A stretch of DNA of 64,000 bases from Terriglobia bacterium (GCA_963666975.2 CAXVYR010000003.1:800001-864000); one strand, 5' to 3'. Shown: positions 52,692 to 63,899, counted from the stretch's first letter. Made by a program: numbers and translations. The notes: generated by a model not told the origin, from the letters alone.

Positions 52692-54356
52692 CTATTCGAC
52701 GTAGCGCTGGGCAACCGGCAACCTGCGTCCGATGCCGAAGGCCTTGGAGGTGACCCGCAGTCCGGGGGCGGACTGCTGCCGCTTGTACTCGTTGCCATCC
52801 ACAAGCCCGATGATGCTGCGCACCAGCTCCAGGGGAACGCCGTACTTCTCCACGATCTGCGCCGGCGTTTCGTACTCCTCAATATAGGCTTTCAGCACAA
52901 CATCCAAAACCTCGTAAGGCGGCAGGCTGTCGGTGTCCTTCTGGTTGGGACGCAACTCGGCGGATGGCGCTTTCTCCAGGATCGCTTGGGGAATCACCTG
53001 CCGGTCCCGGTTGGCCACCGCCGCCAGTTTGTAAACCATCGTTTTGGGGATGTCGGAGATCACTCCCAACCCCCCGACCATGTCGCCGTACAAGGTGCAG
53101 TAGCCCACAGCCAGCTCGCTTTTGTTGCCGGTAGAGAGCACCAGCGAATGGAACTTGTTGGAGAGAGCCATCAGCAGGTTGCCGCGAATACGCGCTTGCA
53201 GGTTTTCCTCAGTTACATTACTGGTTACATTACTAGTTACATCGCTCGCCGTCCCCTCAAAGGCCGGGCACAACGTCTCCCGATAAGCGCGGAAAATATC
53301 GGAGATCGGAAGCACCTGGAACCGGATTCCCAGGTTGGCAGCTAAAGCCCGCGAGTCCTCAATGCTGCCCGGAGAAGAATAAGGACCCGGCATGCCGACC
53401 CCCAGCACATTTTCCTTCCCCAGCGCCTCCGCAGCAATGGCGGCGGTGAGCGCAGAGTCAATCCCGCCGCTCAAGCCGATCAGCACTCGCTGAAATCCGC
53501 ACTTCTGTACGTAATCGCGCGTGCCCAGAATCAGCGCTTGATAAACGGCTTCTTCCGGCTGGCTGGCTTGCGGGTGGATGTCGCCCTGCTGGGTGGAGGT
53601 GTCAAAACAAATGAGGTCCTCTGCAAAAGAGAGGGCCTGGGCACGAACGTTTCCTTCCGCATCCAGGGCCATGCTGGAGCCATCAAAGACCAGACTGTCA
53701 TTTCCGCCCACCAGGTTGACGAACACGACCGGCATGCGATGGCGCAGCGCAAAGGCTTGCAACATTTCCCGGCGAAAGGGGCGCTTTCCTGTCGAGTATG
53801 GCGAGGCGGCAATCGTGACCAGCAGGTTGGCGCCTTGCTGCACCAGTTCCTCCACCGGGTCCCGCGTATAAAATCGCTTCTTCCAGAAAGCCTTGTCGTT
53901 CCAAATGTCCTCGCAGATAGTCAGCGCTACCTGTTTGCCGCAAAAAGGCAGCACCGCCTGCTGCTGGGCCGGCGCAAAGTGACGCATCTCATCAAAAACG
54001 TCGTAGGCAGGCAGCAGCATTTTCGACTGCACAAACCGAACCTGCCCGCCGGAGAGCAATGCCGCGCTGTTGGAGGCGGCCTTGCCGGTATCATTCTCTG
54101 CCTTGCTGACGAAACCGCAGATCAAAGGGATGTCGGGCACTTCCCGCGCCAGCCGCTCCAGCTCTTGCCGGTTTCGCTCCACGAAGCCTGGTTTCTCCAC
54201 CAAGTCCAGCGGAGGGTAACCGCACACGGAAAGCTCCGGGAAAATCACCAACTCAGCCCCAGCCTGCCGGGCCTGCCGCGCAAAGCGGATGATCTTTGCC
54301 GCATTGCCCGGCAAGTCGCCAACTGTGGTATTCACTTGAGCCAGCGCGATCTTCAT
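52692..54356 (-). CDS. nadE: Glutamine-dependent NAD+ synthetase
   Basis: Nitrilase domain FPEL/K/ICED; GLSGGIDS, ENLQARIRG, TGNKSE and PSAEL motifs. Confidence 0.96.
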   Translation of the reverse strand: MKIALAQVNTTVGDLPGNAAKIIRFARQARQAGAELVIFPELSVCGYPPLDLVEKPGFVERNRQELERLAREVPDIPLICGFVSKAENDTGKAASNSAALLSGGQVRFVQSKMLLPAYDVFDEMRHFAPAQQQAVLPFCGKQVALTICEDIWNDKAFWKKRFYTRDPVEELVQQGANLLVTIAASPYSTGKRPFRREMLQAFALRHRMPVVFVNLVGGNDSLVFDGSSMALDAEGNVRAQALSFAEDLICFDTSTQQGDIHPQASQPEEAVYQALILGTRDYVQKCGFQRVLIGLSGGIDSALTAAIAAEALGKENVLGVGMPGPYSSPGSIEDSRALAANLGIRFQVLPISDIFRAYRETLCPAFEGTASDVTSNVTSNVTEENLQARIRGNLLMALSNKFHSLVLSTGNKSELAVGYCTLYGDMVGGLGVISDIPKTMVYKLAAVANRDRQVIPQAILEKAPSAELRPNQKDTDSLPPYEVLDVVLKAYIEEYETPAQIVEKYGVPLELVRSIIGLVDGNEYKRQQSAPGLRVTSKAFGIGRRLPVAQRYVE

Positions 54357-54586
54357 AAACTTCCTTTGTTCCTATTATAAACCTCCGAGAGAACCGATGA
54401 GGTATTACCGCGCAGGAACGCGCCGTGCTTGTTGATTGAGTTGAAACAACACCCGTTGCAAATCTTTCCAGAGTCAATGATAATATGCCGGGAATCCGCT
54501 TGGTCCCGGTTGCAGGCGGCTTACTGTAATAATCGATTGTGGCATACTATGCGGTAAGGCAGTCCTCTGCCATTGGTGGAGACCCT

Positions 54587-55072
54587 ATGAGCGCCGAGGA
54601 AGATCAAAAGCTATCGCGCGAGTACTTCCAGCGCGCCTACGCCCGTCAGATGAAGGGCGAGTTGGAGGATGCGGCAGAGCTGTACAAAAAGTCAATCGAA
54701 GCGCTTCCTACCGCGGAGGCTCACACTTTCCTTGGCTGGACCTACAGCTTTATGGGACGCCCGCAGGACGCCATCGCCGAATGCCACCGGGCGATTGAGA
54801 TCGATCCGGACTTCGGGAACCCGTACAACGACATCGGAGCCTACCTGATCGAGCAGGGGTCGCTCGATGAGGCCATCCCCTGGCTGGAAAAGGCAACGCG
54901 CGCGCGCCGGTATGAAAGCTATTGTTTCCCCCATTTCAATCTCGGACGAATCTACGAGCAAAAGCGCCTGTGGAGAAAAGCCATCGACTGCTACCGCGCA
55001 TCCCTGGGCCACAACCCTCAATACATGCTGGCAAAAGCGGCCCTGCGCCGCCTGCAGGCGATGATGAATTAG
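54587..55072 (+). CDS. Tetratricopeptide repeat protein
   Basis: TPR pattern AEAHTFLGW...AIEIDPDFGNPYNDIG. Confidence 0.9.
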   Translation: MSAEEDQKLSREYFQRAYARQMKGELEDAAELYKKSIEALPTAEAHTFLGWTYSFMGRPQDAIAECHRAIEIDPDFGNPYNDIGAYLIEQGSLDEAIPWLEKATRARRYESYCFPHFNLGRIYEQKRLWRKAIDCYRASLGHNPQYMLAKAALRRLQAMMN

Positions 55073-55149
55073 CGCGAAGGAGGCAGTAAATAGGAGTCTG
55101 AGTGAACTGCCTGTGTCACTGTGCTTTCCTGGCTCCTGATTTCCTCCGC

Positions 55150-55719
55150 TCAAGGTTTCTGCGCAATGATCTGGGCTATGCCGCGCTCCTTCACAGTTTC
55201 CTGGTAGGCAAGAATCCGGAAGTCGCGAAACAGTTCCAGTAACTCCTGACGTTCGAGCAGGTGCATCGAATGGCGGGGACGTCCCGGAAAGCGCCGCTGA
55301 TCCACCGTATAGGTTTTGTAAACAATCAATCCTTGCGGCTTCAGGGCAGCCTTGAGCACGGGAAACAGGTCGCGCTGGAGGTAAAAGAAACCGATCAGCA
55401 AGTCAAAACAGCTCGTTCCCAGCGAAACTGTTTCGAGGTCCTGACAGAAAAGCTCCAGCCGAACGCCGCGCTCTACAGCCAGCGCCTTCGCCCTGCGCAG
55501 CGCTTCCAGGGAAACGTCGCAGGCCGTGACGTTCCAACCTTTTTCCGCCAGATACACTGCATTGCGGCCCGCTCCGCAGGCTACGTCCAGCGCGCGGCGT
55601 TTCTCAGGAAACAGACCGGAGTACTCCTCCAACTGCTCTAAGAAAGGGTCTGGCTCTCTGGCGGCGTGGTCTCCCGACCGGAATCGCTCGTCCCACTTAG
55701 CCCGCTCTTGTTGTGACAT
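55150..55719 (-). CDS. Class I SAM-dependent methyltransferase (TehB-like)
   Basis: ALDVACGAGRN motif. Confidence 0.9.
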   Translation of the reverse strand: MSQQERAKWDERFRSGDHAAREPDPFLEQLEEYSGLFPEKRRALDVACGAGRNAVYLAEKGWNVTACDVSLEALRRAKALAVERGVRLELFCQDLETVSLGTSCFDLLIGFFYLQRDLFPVLKAALKPQGLIVYKTYTVDQRRFPGRPRHSMHLLERQELLELFRDFRILAYQETVKERGIAQIIAQKP

Positions 55720-55735
55720 GGCGTGATTCCCGAGG

Positions 55736-56440
55736 CTATAGCCTGCCCGAAAAGCCGGAAGGCTGCTCCGCCAGCCAGTTGAGCATTGCCCGCAGAGCCC
55801 GTCCACGGTGGCTTCTCTGTAATTTTTCTTCCGAAGAATATTCCGCGAAGGTTCTGTTGCTCTCAGGGTCCAGAAAAAGAGGGTCATAACCAAAGCCTCC
55901 AGCGCCCCGGGGCGAAGCCAGGATGATTCCCTCTGCTACGCCACGAAACTCGGCCAGCACTCGACCTGCCTGCGCCACGGCGATGACGCAGACAAACCGG
56001 GCGGTTCGTTTCGAGGCCGTGATGTGAGACAGATCCCGGAGCAGTTTGCCGTTGTTTTCCGCGTCGCTGGCAGCCTGCCCCGCGAAACGCCGGGAGCGCA
56101 CGCCGGGAGCGCCTCCGAGGGCGTCCACTTCCAGTCCTGAATCGTCAGCCAGCACCAGCCCGCCGACCAACCGGCTGTAATGGAGGGCCTTTTTTCGTGC
56201 GTTGACCAGAAAGGTTTCTCCATCCTCTTCACAAGAGGGGAGAACATCCAGGCTGGCCACTGGCTCGGCTACCAAGCGGGCGGAACGGCCGCAGCCGGCA
56301 AGCCATAGGCGAGCACCCAGGCGAAACTCCTCAATTTTTCCGGCATTCGAGGAAGCAATCTGTACTGTGGGAAAAGGAGGGGGTGTATCGGCAGCTTGGG
56401 GTGAACTCAATGAGGTAGGGCTTTCTTTCGGGATACGCAT
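55736..56440 (-). CDS. rdgB: RdgB/HAM1 non-canonical purine NTP pyrophosphatase
   Basis: SSN.GK, ADDSGL.VDAL.GAPGV.S, GFGYDP and SHRGRA motifs. Confidence 0.93.
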   Translation of the reverse strand: MRIPKESPTSLSSPQAADTPPPFPTVQIASSNAGKIEEFRLGARLWLAGCGRSARLVAEPVASLDVLPSCEEDGETFLVNARKKALHYSRLVGGLVLADDSGLEVDALGGAPGVRSRRFAGQAASDAENNGKLLRDLSHITASKRTARFVCVIAVAQAGRVLAEFRGVAEGIILASPRGAGGFGYDPLFLDPESNRTFAEYSSEEKLQRSHRGRALRAMLNWLAEQPSGFSGRL

Positions 56441-56502
56441 GAACCTTCTGGGCGCATGGCCGAATCGTATCCTTGGTAATCCGACATCGGGGGAATCCGG
56501 CA

Positions 56503-56898
56503 TCAGGCCGGAGCGCGGGCCGGAGAAGCTGCCGTCCCCACCCCTTGTTCCTGCAGCTTGAGCAAGAAACTAAACTGAGGCTTCGGGTCGCCTCGTCCCC
56601 AGCGGTTCAATTCCCATTTGGCTTTCAAGAAACGCACGCCGGGCTGTCCGCTCAAATCCAGCAGGAGTTGGTGGATGCCTTTGTAGAATTTCTGAGGGAA
56701 CGCCGCCAATGCTTTCTCGCTCCACGTCTGGCCGTCTTCCGAGCCCCACACGCTCACGTCCAGCGACTCCTGCTCGATGATCTTCGTAATGGCCAGCGTG
56801 AGCAGCGCGCTCTTTCCCTGCGCCGAGCCCAACTCAACCGGAGCACTTTCACCATTGGCCTCGACCGTGATTTCAGATACCAGAAAAACGTCCAGCAT
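56503..56898 (-). CDS. Hypothetical protein
   Basis: 131-aa ORF with GGAG RBS. Confidence 0.7.
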   Translation of the reverse strand: MLDVFLVSEITVEANGESAPVELGSAQGKSALLTLAITKIIEQESLDVSVWGSEDGQTWSEKALAAFPQKFYKGIHQLLLDLSGQPGVRFLKAKWELNRWGRGDPKPQFSFLLKLQEQGVGTAASPARAPA

Positions 56899-57094
56899 GC
56901 CGCATTTACTCCTTCCGCTCCTTCGCTCCTGATTCAGCAGTCCTTCATTTCAAAGCTGATATTGTAACATCCGAAGGACCCGGCGTAACCCGGCAGTTGC
57001 CGGCAGTTTCTAATCTCAAGACCGGAGCCGTTATTCCACTACCACATCCACGCGGAAGATTACCTCTCAACCGTCAGTGCCCGCCGGGGATTCT

Positions 57095-58306
57095 CTACTT
57101 CCGGCGCGTTTTGAGTTTCCGCAGCCGCCGAGCGGCCTCGCCGAGCGTATCTTCTTTTTTGCAGAATGTGAAGCGGACTTGCTGGCGGCCATCGGCCGGG
57201 TCGCTGTAGAAGCTCGATCCGGGTACGGCTGCGACGCCGACATCCTGAATCAGATACTCCACAAAACTGGCATCATCCGGGAAGCCGAACCGGGAGATAT
57301 CCGTCATGATGTAGTAAGCCCCCAAGGGGCGAAAGCAGGTGAAGCCGCACTCTTCGAGGACGCTTAACAGGCAGTCCCTTCGCTTAGCATAATCGGCTGC
57401 CAGCTTTTGGTAATAGCTCTCAGGCAGCCCAACGGCGGTGACTCCGGCCTCCTGTAAGGGAGCGGCAGCGCCGACGGTGAGGAAATCGTGAACCTTGCGG
57501 ATGCTGTTGGTCAACTCCCGGCAGGCAATAGTCCATCCCACGCGCCAGCCTGTGACACTGTAAGTTTTAGAAAGGCTGCTGATGGTAACGGTACGCTCCC
57601 TCATTCCCTCCAGGCTGGCGATGGAGATGTGCCGGCTGCCCTCATATAAGATGTGCTCGTATATCTCGTCGGTGATGGCCAGCGCCTCCCACTTGCGGCA
57701 CAGCGCGGCGATTGTTTCCATCTCATCTCGGGTAAAGACCTTGCCAGTGGGATTGTTCGGGGTATTGAGGATCACGGCGCGGGTGCGCTCGTTGAAGGCG
57801 GCCGCCAGCTCATCAGGCGAAAACCGCCAATCGGGAGGCTTCAGGCGTACAAAACGCGGGACGGCCCCTGTGAGCGCGCAATCCGGTCCGTAGTTCTCAT
57901 AGAAGGGCTCAAAGATGACGACCTCGTCGCCGGGATTTAGCAGGCTGAGCAGCGCGGCGAACATGGCCTCGGTGGAACCGCAGCAGACCGTTATCTCCGT
58001 CTCCGGGTCCACCTGCCATCCCAGGCTGCGGGAGGCCTTCCGGGCCAGCGCGTCGCGAAAATTCTTGGCTCCCCAGGTGATGGCGTACTGATTGATGTCG
58101 GCGTCGATGGCTTGCTTGGCGGCTTGTTTCACCTCCTCCGGCGCAGGAAAATCAGGATAGCCCTGCGAAAGATTTACCGCGCCGTGCTGCAAGGCCAGCC
58201 GCGTCATCTCCCGGATGACGGATTCGACCAGCCCGGACGCACGCTCGGATGTGGTGAGGCTCCGCGAAGCTCGATTGGCCCCGGACACCGGGATGGGATT
58301 AGCCAT
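57095..58306 (-). CDS. PLP-dependent aminotransferase class I/II
   Basis: NLSQGYPDF, NTPNNPTG, DEIY and SLSKTYSVTGWRVG motifs. Confidence 0.95.
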   Translation of the reverse strand: MANPIPVSGANRASRSLTTSERASGLVESVIREMTRLALQHGAVNLSQGYPDFPAPEEVKQAAKQAIDADINQYAITWGAKNFRDALARKASRSLGWQVDPETEITVCCGSTEAMFAALLSLLNPGDEVVIFEPFYENYGPDCALTGAVPRFVRLKPPDWRFSPDELAAAFNERTRAVILNTPNNPTGKVFTRDEMETIAALCRKWEALAITDEIYEHILYEGSRHISIASLEGMRERTVTISSLSKTYSVTGWRVGWTIACRELTNSIRKVHDFLTVGAAAPLQEAGVTAVGLPESYYQKLAADYAKRRDCLLSVLEECGFTCFRPLGAYYIMTDISRFGFPDDASFVEYLIQDVGVAAVPGSSFYSDPADGRQQVRFTFCKKEDTLGEAARRLRKLKTRRK

Positions 58307-58391
58307 GCGGGACTATCCTCTTCATCTTCATCCCTCTTCATCAGTTTATTGTCCCTTAGTCTATTGTCCCATGTTCTGTATTCTTGAAGCT

Positions 58392-60647
58392 CTATGGACC
58401 GCCGCGCTCAGCAGTCTTGTTGTTTCCTAAAGTTGGGCTGGAATCCCGCTCACGGTAAATTCTGCGGTACAACTCCGCATTGCGCAGAACCGATTGAACG
58501 TACCCCCGGGTCTCGGTAAAGGGAATGCTCTCGATGAACTCGGTCGGCTCATCAAATTTCGTATCATTGCGATTCGCTTCGCTCAGCCATTCTTTCACCC
58601 TGTTTTCGCCGGCATTATACGCCGCCAAGCCAAGCTCCGGCTTGCCCTCAAACAGATCCAAAACCTTCTTCAAAAAGTGGGTTCCCCAGGTCAGGTTATA
58701 TTCCGGCAGATACAACCGGGAAAGCCGGTACTGGCGCGCGCTGCGATTGGGAACCCCGCGCGCCACACGGCGGGCGGTGGAAGGAAGCAACTGCATCAAT
58801 CCCCGCGCATTGGCGCGGGAGCGGGCTTGCGGATTGAATTCGGATTCCTGCCGGATCAGTCCGGCCACCAAATAAGGATCGAGCTTCGCGGCTTCCGCTT
58901 GCTCCTTTACCTGCTCCCACCACGGCAAAGGAAACAGCAATTCCCACTCTTCGCGAGGCAACTCGGAGAGTTGAGAAGTGAGATAACCATTCAAAAACCG
59001 CTTGGCGTACCGAAGCGCCAGATGATGGTGGCCCCGCTCTTTTTCCAGCTGCGCCAGCTCCCTGCCCAGAAAACGGGAGGACCGGTCGCGAGCAAGCGCC
59101 GCCTGCAGTTCGCCCAAGGCCAGATCCATCAGCCAGACCGACTCCAGCAACTTCGCCTTCTTCCAATGCCGCTCGGCAGAAGCTGCGAGACTTTCCGTTT
59201 GCGAGGACCCTGAAGTTCTCTCCCGGAATTTACCGAGAGGCACAGGCGCTTCGGGCTGCATCAGTGCCGGAACCGCCAGCATGGACGCCAGACGCCGACG
59301 GCCGAGATGACCGTAATAGAAATTCGGAAACAACTCGACCAGCCTGCGATAATACGTCGCCGCCCGTGCGGGAAATTCCTTCTCCGCCATGCGTCCCAGC
59401 CAGTACAAGGAAGCGGCAGACTGAGAGCCAGTGGGATAATTCCGCACGTGCTCTTCAAACAGCCGCTGGGCTTCCGGCAAGCGGCGTTCCCGGTAATGCC
59501 ACCAAGCTACCTTCCAGTGGCTTAGCTCGGCGTACTCGCCCTGGGGAAAGCGCTCGTACAGCATCCTGTAGTAGCGGTGCGCGCGCTCCAGGTCGGGGAG
59601 CAGTAAATAATAATTCCCCGCCAGAAAAAGCGCTTGCTCATACCAGGGGGAGCGCGGATATTTCTTCGAGAGTAAATCAATCTGCTGGAAAACAAGCTTT
59701 TCGCGCCGTACCCGGCGGTACAGCGCCGCCAGCGTGTACAGGCGTTCCGCATCCTCTTCCGGGACGGAGAGTTTGAGCTTGGCAAGCGTCGATAGCGCCG
59801 GCCAATTGGCTCTGCCCCGATACTGGGAAACACCCATCCGCAGCTGGTAACTCGCCCGCTCCGCTCCCTTGCTCCGGGCCACGAGCGCTTGATATGCCCT
59901 TCGCGCGCTCTGCCAGCGGCCCCGCGCGAAGAGCCGCTCGGCCCGCCGTTTTCTCATCTCCAGCGAGGGCTGCGGAAAATTCTTTTTAAGTTGCTGCTGC
60001 AACCGCTCCAACTGCTTCTCTGCCTTGGACGCTTGCCCGGAAGTTGGGAAAAAGTAAAAAACCTCCTGATAAGCACGCGCTGCCTGGGTAAACTGTTTCT
60101 CTTGCATGTACGCCTCGGCCAGCAGAGCTTGTGCTTCCGGTTTCGGAAGAAAACTCGGAGGAGACGCGAACCGGGCAATCACCCCGGCTGGCTGTTCCAT
60201 CTCCAGCAGACTCTCCGCCCACCTCAGCGTGGCTGGCACAGCGAGAGCGCTCTCCGGATAGTTTTCCGCAAAGCCGTCAAGCAGTTCGGCAGCGGCGGCG
60301 TGTTCTTCCCCGGCCAGTTCAGCTAATGCCAGGTAGTATTCGCCATAATCCTGCAACGGAGTCCGGGGAACACGGGCGGCATCGAAATACGTTTTAGACT
60401 TGGCGTACTGTTCTTCCTGGTAGGCATGAACCCCCAGCACAAGGTAGGCCAGCACGCCGCTGACATCGTTCCGGTTTTCCCCGGCAAACTGTTCGAGGAG
60501 GGCAAGCTGGGAAACCGACTTTTCTTCCAGCAATGTTCTGCTGACCGCTCGCAGCACGGCGGGGACTGCTGCCGGGGCCTGCGCAGCGCGGCCCGCGCTG
60601 GGGATACTCACCAGCACACAGAGTAGGATGCCTGCCAGAAAACTCAT
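58392..60647 (-). CDS. Soluble lytic transglycosylase (TPR + SLT domain)
   Basis: IRQESEF, ARGLMQL, AAYNAG and IPF.ETR.YV motifs. Confidence 0.93.
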   Translation of the reverse strand: MSFLAGILLCVLVSIPSAGRAAQAPAAVPAVLRAVSRTLLEEKSVSQLALLEQFAGENRNDVSGVLAYLVLGVHAYQEEQYAKSKTYFDAARVPRTPLQDYGEYYLALAELAGEEHAAAAELLDGFAENYPESALAVPATLRWAESLLEMEQPAGVIARFASPPSFLPKPEAQALLAEAYMQEKQFTQAARAYQEVFYFFPTSGQASKAEKQLERLQQQLKKNFPQPSLEMRKRRAERLFARGRWQSARRAYQALVARSKGAERASYQLRMGVSQYRGRANWPALSTLAKLKLSVPEEDAERLYTLAALYRRVRREKLVFQQIDLLSKKYPRSPWYEQALFLAGNYYLLLPDLERAHRYYRMLYERFPQGEYAELSHWKVAWWHYRERRLPEAQRLFEEHVRNYPTGSQSAASLYWLGRMAEKEFPARAATYYRRLVELFPNFYYGHLGRRRLASMLAVPALMQPEAPVPLGKFRERTSGSSQTESLAASAERHWKKAKLLESVWLMDLALGELQAALARDRSSRFLGRELAQLEKERGHHHLALRYAKRFLNGYLTSQLSELPREEWELLFPLPWWEQVKEQAEAAKLDPYLVAGLIRQESEFNPQARSRANARGLMQLLPSTARRVARGVPNRSARQYRLSRLYLPEYNLTWGTHFLKKVLDLFEGKPELGLAAYNAGENRVKEWLSEANRNDTKFDEPTEFIESIPFTETRGYVQSVLRNAELYRRIYRERDSSPTLGNNKTAERGGP

Positions 60648-60870
60648 ATGTCTTTGACCCTGGAAACTATAGTTGAGAGTCTTTGCAAAGCTCATCCGCA
60701 CACACACCGCCGGACACGCGCCAGGAAAGTCCTGCATTCCCCCGCTCCTTCATTATCGGCGACCGGGCTGCCGCCTACAATTTATTTTTCCTGTGATCTG
60801 GCTATGAGCTTCTATGGAACACACGACGCAAGTTCGCCACGACGGTACTAGGGGCGGTACTGGGAGAGAT

Positions 60871-62022
60871 TTACTCGCTCTCGAACGGTCCGGGATATTG
60901 ATCGCCCAGCACGGAAGGATCGTTCCCTGCCAGCTTCAGAACCAACTCGTAATGCAGGTAGTCAAAGGAGCGCGCGGCGGTCTCTCCAAAACGTTTCTGG
61001 TAGTTCTGGCGGGTCTTATCAATATCTTCCTTGATGGCCGCATATGCGTTTTTGTTTTTCCGTCCCTCTTCAATCTTTCCCTTGTGGTAGGAGAGCAGAT
61101 CTTGCACCGCGACGCGAGCGAACCGATGCGCTTTTTTATGCGCATCCTTCTCTTCCTTCGGCAAGGAACTTGTATCCGGTGGCGGCGGCAAAGCGTCTTC
61201 GCCTTCCCCGGCGGCCGGTATGCTGGCGGCAAAGGATCCCGGCGGCGGACCCTGCTCGACGGCCGGCACCTCCGCTGGAGTCTCCAGCAGAGGTGCTGCC
61301 TCTTCTGCAACTGCCTCGTCCGCAGCCGCTGCGGAGGGTTCGGCAGCGGGCGCTTCGGCTGCTGCTGCCGGTGCGGTGCTGGCGGATTGCCTTGCCGGGG
61401 CCGTCTCCAGGCTGAGGCCCGTGACCTGAGCCAATATCTCCAGAGCCGACGGCTCCGCCGACCCGGCGACAGTCCCTGCATCCGCATAGAGAGCTGCAAC
61501 CACGCGCCCGCGAACCACCACCGGCAACAGGCATAGGTTCTCATCCGCAGACTCTCCGACAGCTTGCCCGAGCGCCTCCGGCATATTCTCTCCAGAACGC
61601 TGGCCGATGAAGGCCCGCTGGCGGCTCACTATATCCTGGAAGATTCCCGCTTTCCCGGCCGAGATGGCGACGGAGCGCAAACTTTTCGCATCCTTTGCCG
61701 TAAAGCCTTCGGCGCGCCAAAAAGAAAAGTCGTCTCCGCGTTGCACAAACAACGCGCAACGGCCCGAATATTCCACCGCGCCTTTCAAAAAAGCCGTCAT
61801 GATCTCGCTTTGTCCGGACGCCTGGAGGATGCTCGATACGGCTTGATTCAGCGCCGCCAGGGCGGGCGCAGCGGACGCCCCGCCTCCCTCCCCTTTCGGC
61901 ATGCGCGCCATAGCATTGGTGATCTCCCTCCGAAGCTCCTGCTGCAGCGAGGCCAGCCGGTTATCCAGCGCCCGCTGGATCAGCTCCTCGAGTGCCCGTT
62001 CCAATGAACCGCTATTCGCCAT
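60871..62022 (-). CDS. GAF-like domain protein with Ala/Pro-rich linker
   Basis: LLPVVVRGRVVAALYAD motif; C-terminal A.RFARV.V.DL..Y domain. Confidence 0.75.
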   Translation of the reverse strand: MANSGSLERALEELIQRALDNRLASLQQELRREITNAMARMPKGEGGGASAAPALAALNQAVSSILQASGQSEIMTAFLKGAVEYSGRCALFVQRGDDFSFWRAEGFTAKDAKSLRSVAISAGKAGIFQDIVSRQRAFIGQRSGENMPEALGQAVGESADENLCLLPVVVRGRVVAALYADAGTVAGSAEPSALEILAQVTGLSLETAPARQSASTAPAAAAEAPAAEPSAAAADEAVAEEAAPLLETPAEVPAVEQGPPPGSFAASIPAAGEGEDALPPPPDTSSLPKEEKDAHKKAHRFARVAVQDLLSYHKGKIEEGRKNKNAYAAIKEDIDKTRQNYQKRFGETAARSFDYLHYELVLKLAGNDPSVLGDQYPGPFESE

Positions 62023-62355
62023 CGCAGCTCCTCAATACGATACCTTCGTATCCTTAAGAATTTTTCCCGGCCAGGATATCTTCCGTCCAAGCCATACGCT
62101 CCAGTCCCAACGGACCGCTGCCTGTTTTGCTCTCCAAAATACCTGCCTTCGGAAATTAATGCCGCCGGCAGGCCCATGTCAAATAGTTTCTATGATTTCC
62201 CCAAATCTCGCAAGGGCACATACAAGATACACTCGGCCCCGCGCGGATCCTTCCACCGTTCGCGGGGAACTGCTCTCGCACTGTGCAGGTTTCCCTGCCT
62301 CCGTTGCCGAGAGACTATGGTAAAATGGAGATGTTTGAGAATTATTCTCCCTCAT

Positions 62356-62706
62356 GGGGGCGAAACGGATTCGACGGAAAGGAAAAGGGCTAGAAGGCAT
62401 ACCGGGGTCCATGCACCCGTAATCGCGTGGACAAAAACACAATTGCCAATCCTGAATTGGCTCTCGCTGCTTAATTAAGTGGCGCGTCGCGCTGCTCCAG
62501 CCCGTGGGAGTGGATGCGGCGACGTTGAACGGGCTAGTTCTTCCTTTTCGGTCCGTGAAGGAAGGGCGAAATTTTCCGGACTAGCGGCTGGTAATTCTTG
62601 TCGGTTCGACGTTGCCGGCGGTGAAGTTTTTCGAACACGACTAAGTATGTAGGCTTTTAGCCAAGTGCCTTTTCGGACGGGGGTTCGACTCCCCCCGCCT
62701 CCACCA
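62356..62706 (+). ncRNA. ssrA: tmRNA
   Basis: 5' GGGGGCGAAACGGATTCGAC; 3' GGTTCGACTCCCCCCGCCTCCACCA; tag ORF 62445-62474 encodes ANPELALAA*. Confidence 0.97.
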
Positions 62707-62727
62707 AGATTAACTTGTTTATTTAGA

Positions 62728-63898
62728 TCAGTTTAGGATTCCACTACTCCCGCCGCGTACCTCTCGCGTACCCTTCGTCGCGGGAGTGGCCGTCGATAGA
62801 TTACCCCAAACACGTCGAACGTCCGCTTCCAATTGCTCCTGGCGAGCACGCACCCAAGGGGCGTAATGTTTCTCCGTAACCTTTATACTTTGGTGCCCCA
62901 GCAAGACCGAAACCCTTTCCAGCGGTACCCCAGCTAACAACAACTCAACCGCAAAGCTGTGACGGAATCGGTGAGCATGCCCTTCTGGTATGCCTGCATT
63001 CTGGAACAGCTTTTTCAGGCTACGTTGCCAATTGCCAACTGCGCTCTTGGGTTTCGATTCTCCGCTCCAGAAAAAATACCGGCGGTTTGTCTGTGATATC
63101 GCCTCCAAAGCTTCGATTACAGAATTAGGGAGGGGACAATAGACTTGCGTTCCGGTCTTTGCTGTACAGAGGAACAGCTTGTCGTCGACAACCCGCTCTT
63201 TAGAAATCGTCACAGCATCTTGGATCCGCAACCCGCTATAGCGAAGCAACAAAACCAACGCCTTCAGTCGTCGCCCATTTTCCTGCCCGGTGCGGCCGTA
63301 ATTGTCAGGGTAGCGGTCGCAGGCTGCGAGAGTGCGGATCACCTCTTCCCTGGTAAAAGGCATGGTTGGTGAGGCTGACACTTTTGGATTCTTTAGTTTG
63401 CTCGCAGGATTACCAGCAATCCAGTCGCTTTCGTGAGCAAAACGGAAAAAAGCTCTCAAGCAATCTAGTTTTTTTGTGGCGGAGAGGTTACGATTTGGCC
63501 ACGACGCTCGAAACTCCCGAAGCAGATCCAATGTGAATTCTTTGACAAATCGAAGTCCTTTGGCCTGCACGAATGCCTGCGTCTGCCGAAACAGCAGCCG
63601 GTATTTGTAGATCGTTGGCTCACGTAAATTCCTAGCTTCGGCGTCTTGAAGAAACTTTTGGAAGGAATCTTCAATTGTCACGGGTTGGGGCTTATCGGGT
63701 TCCGCAGTTCGGCAACCTTCGGATTCCCACTTGCGGATCAACTCCTGGGCTTTTTCCCAGTCACGTAGTCCAAGGGATTCACGCATTTCCCGCCCCTGGA
63801 GGAATCCGTCCACCCAAAGCGGGCACCGGCACCGGCGGTACCGGCGGCCCCCCCCGGTGGCGGCAGCGCTTTATATGGCGGCGGTAAACGGTAAGCAT
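62728..63898 (-). mobile_element. Tyrosine integrase adjacent to the tmRNA 3' end; N-terminus frameshifted at a G8 tract
   Basis: SGLR, HRFRH, LGH and HY catalytic motifs; ATG at 63898 (MLTVYRRHIKRC) is 1 nt out of frame with the gene body. Confidence 0.88.
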
Positions 63899-63899
63899 G

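Noticed and set aside
62670-62706. Separate tRNA gene
   Set aside because: This is the tRNA-like 3' domain of tmRNA
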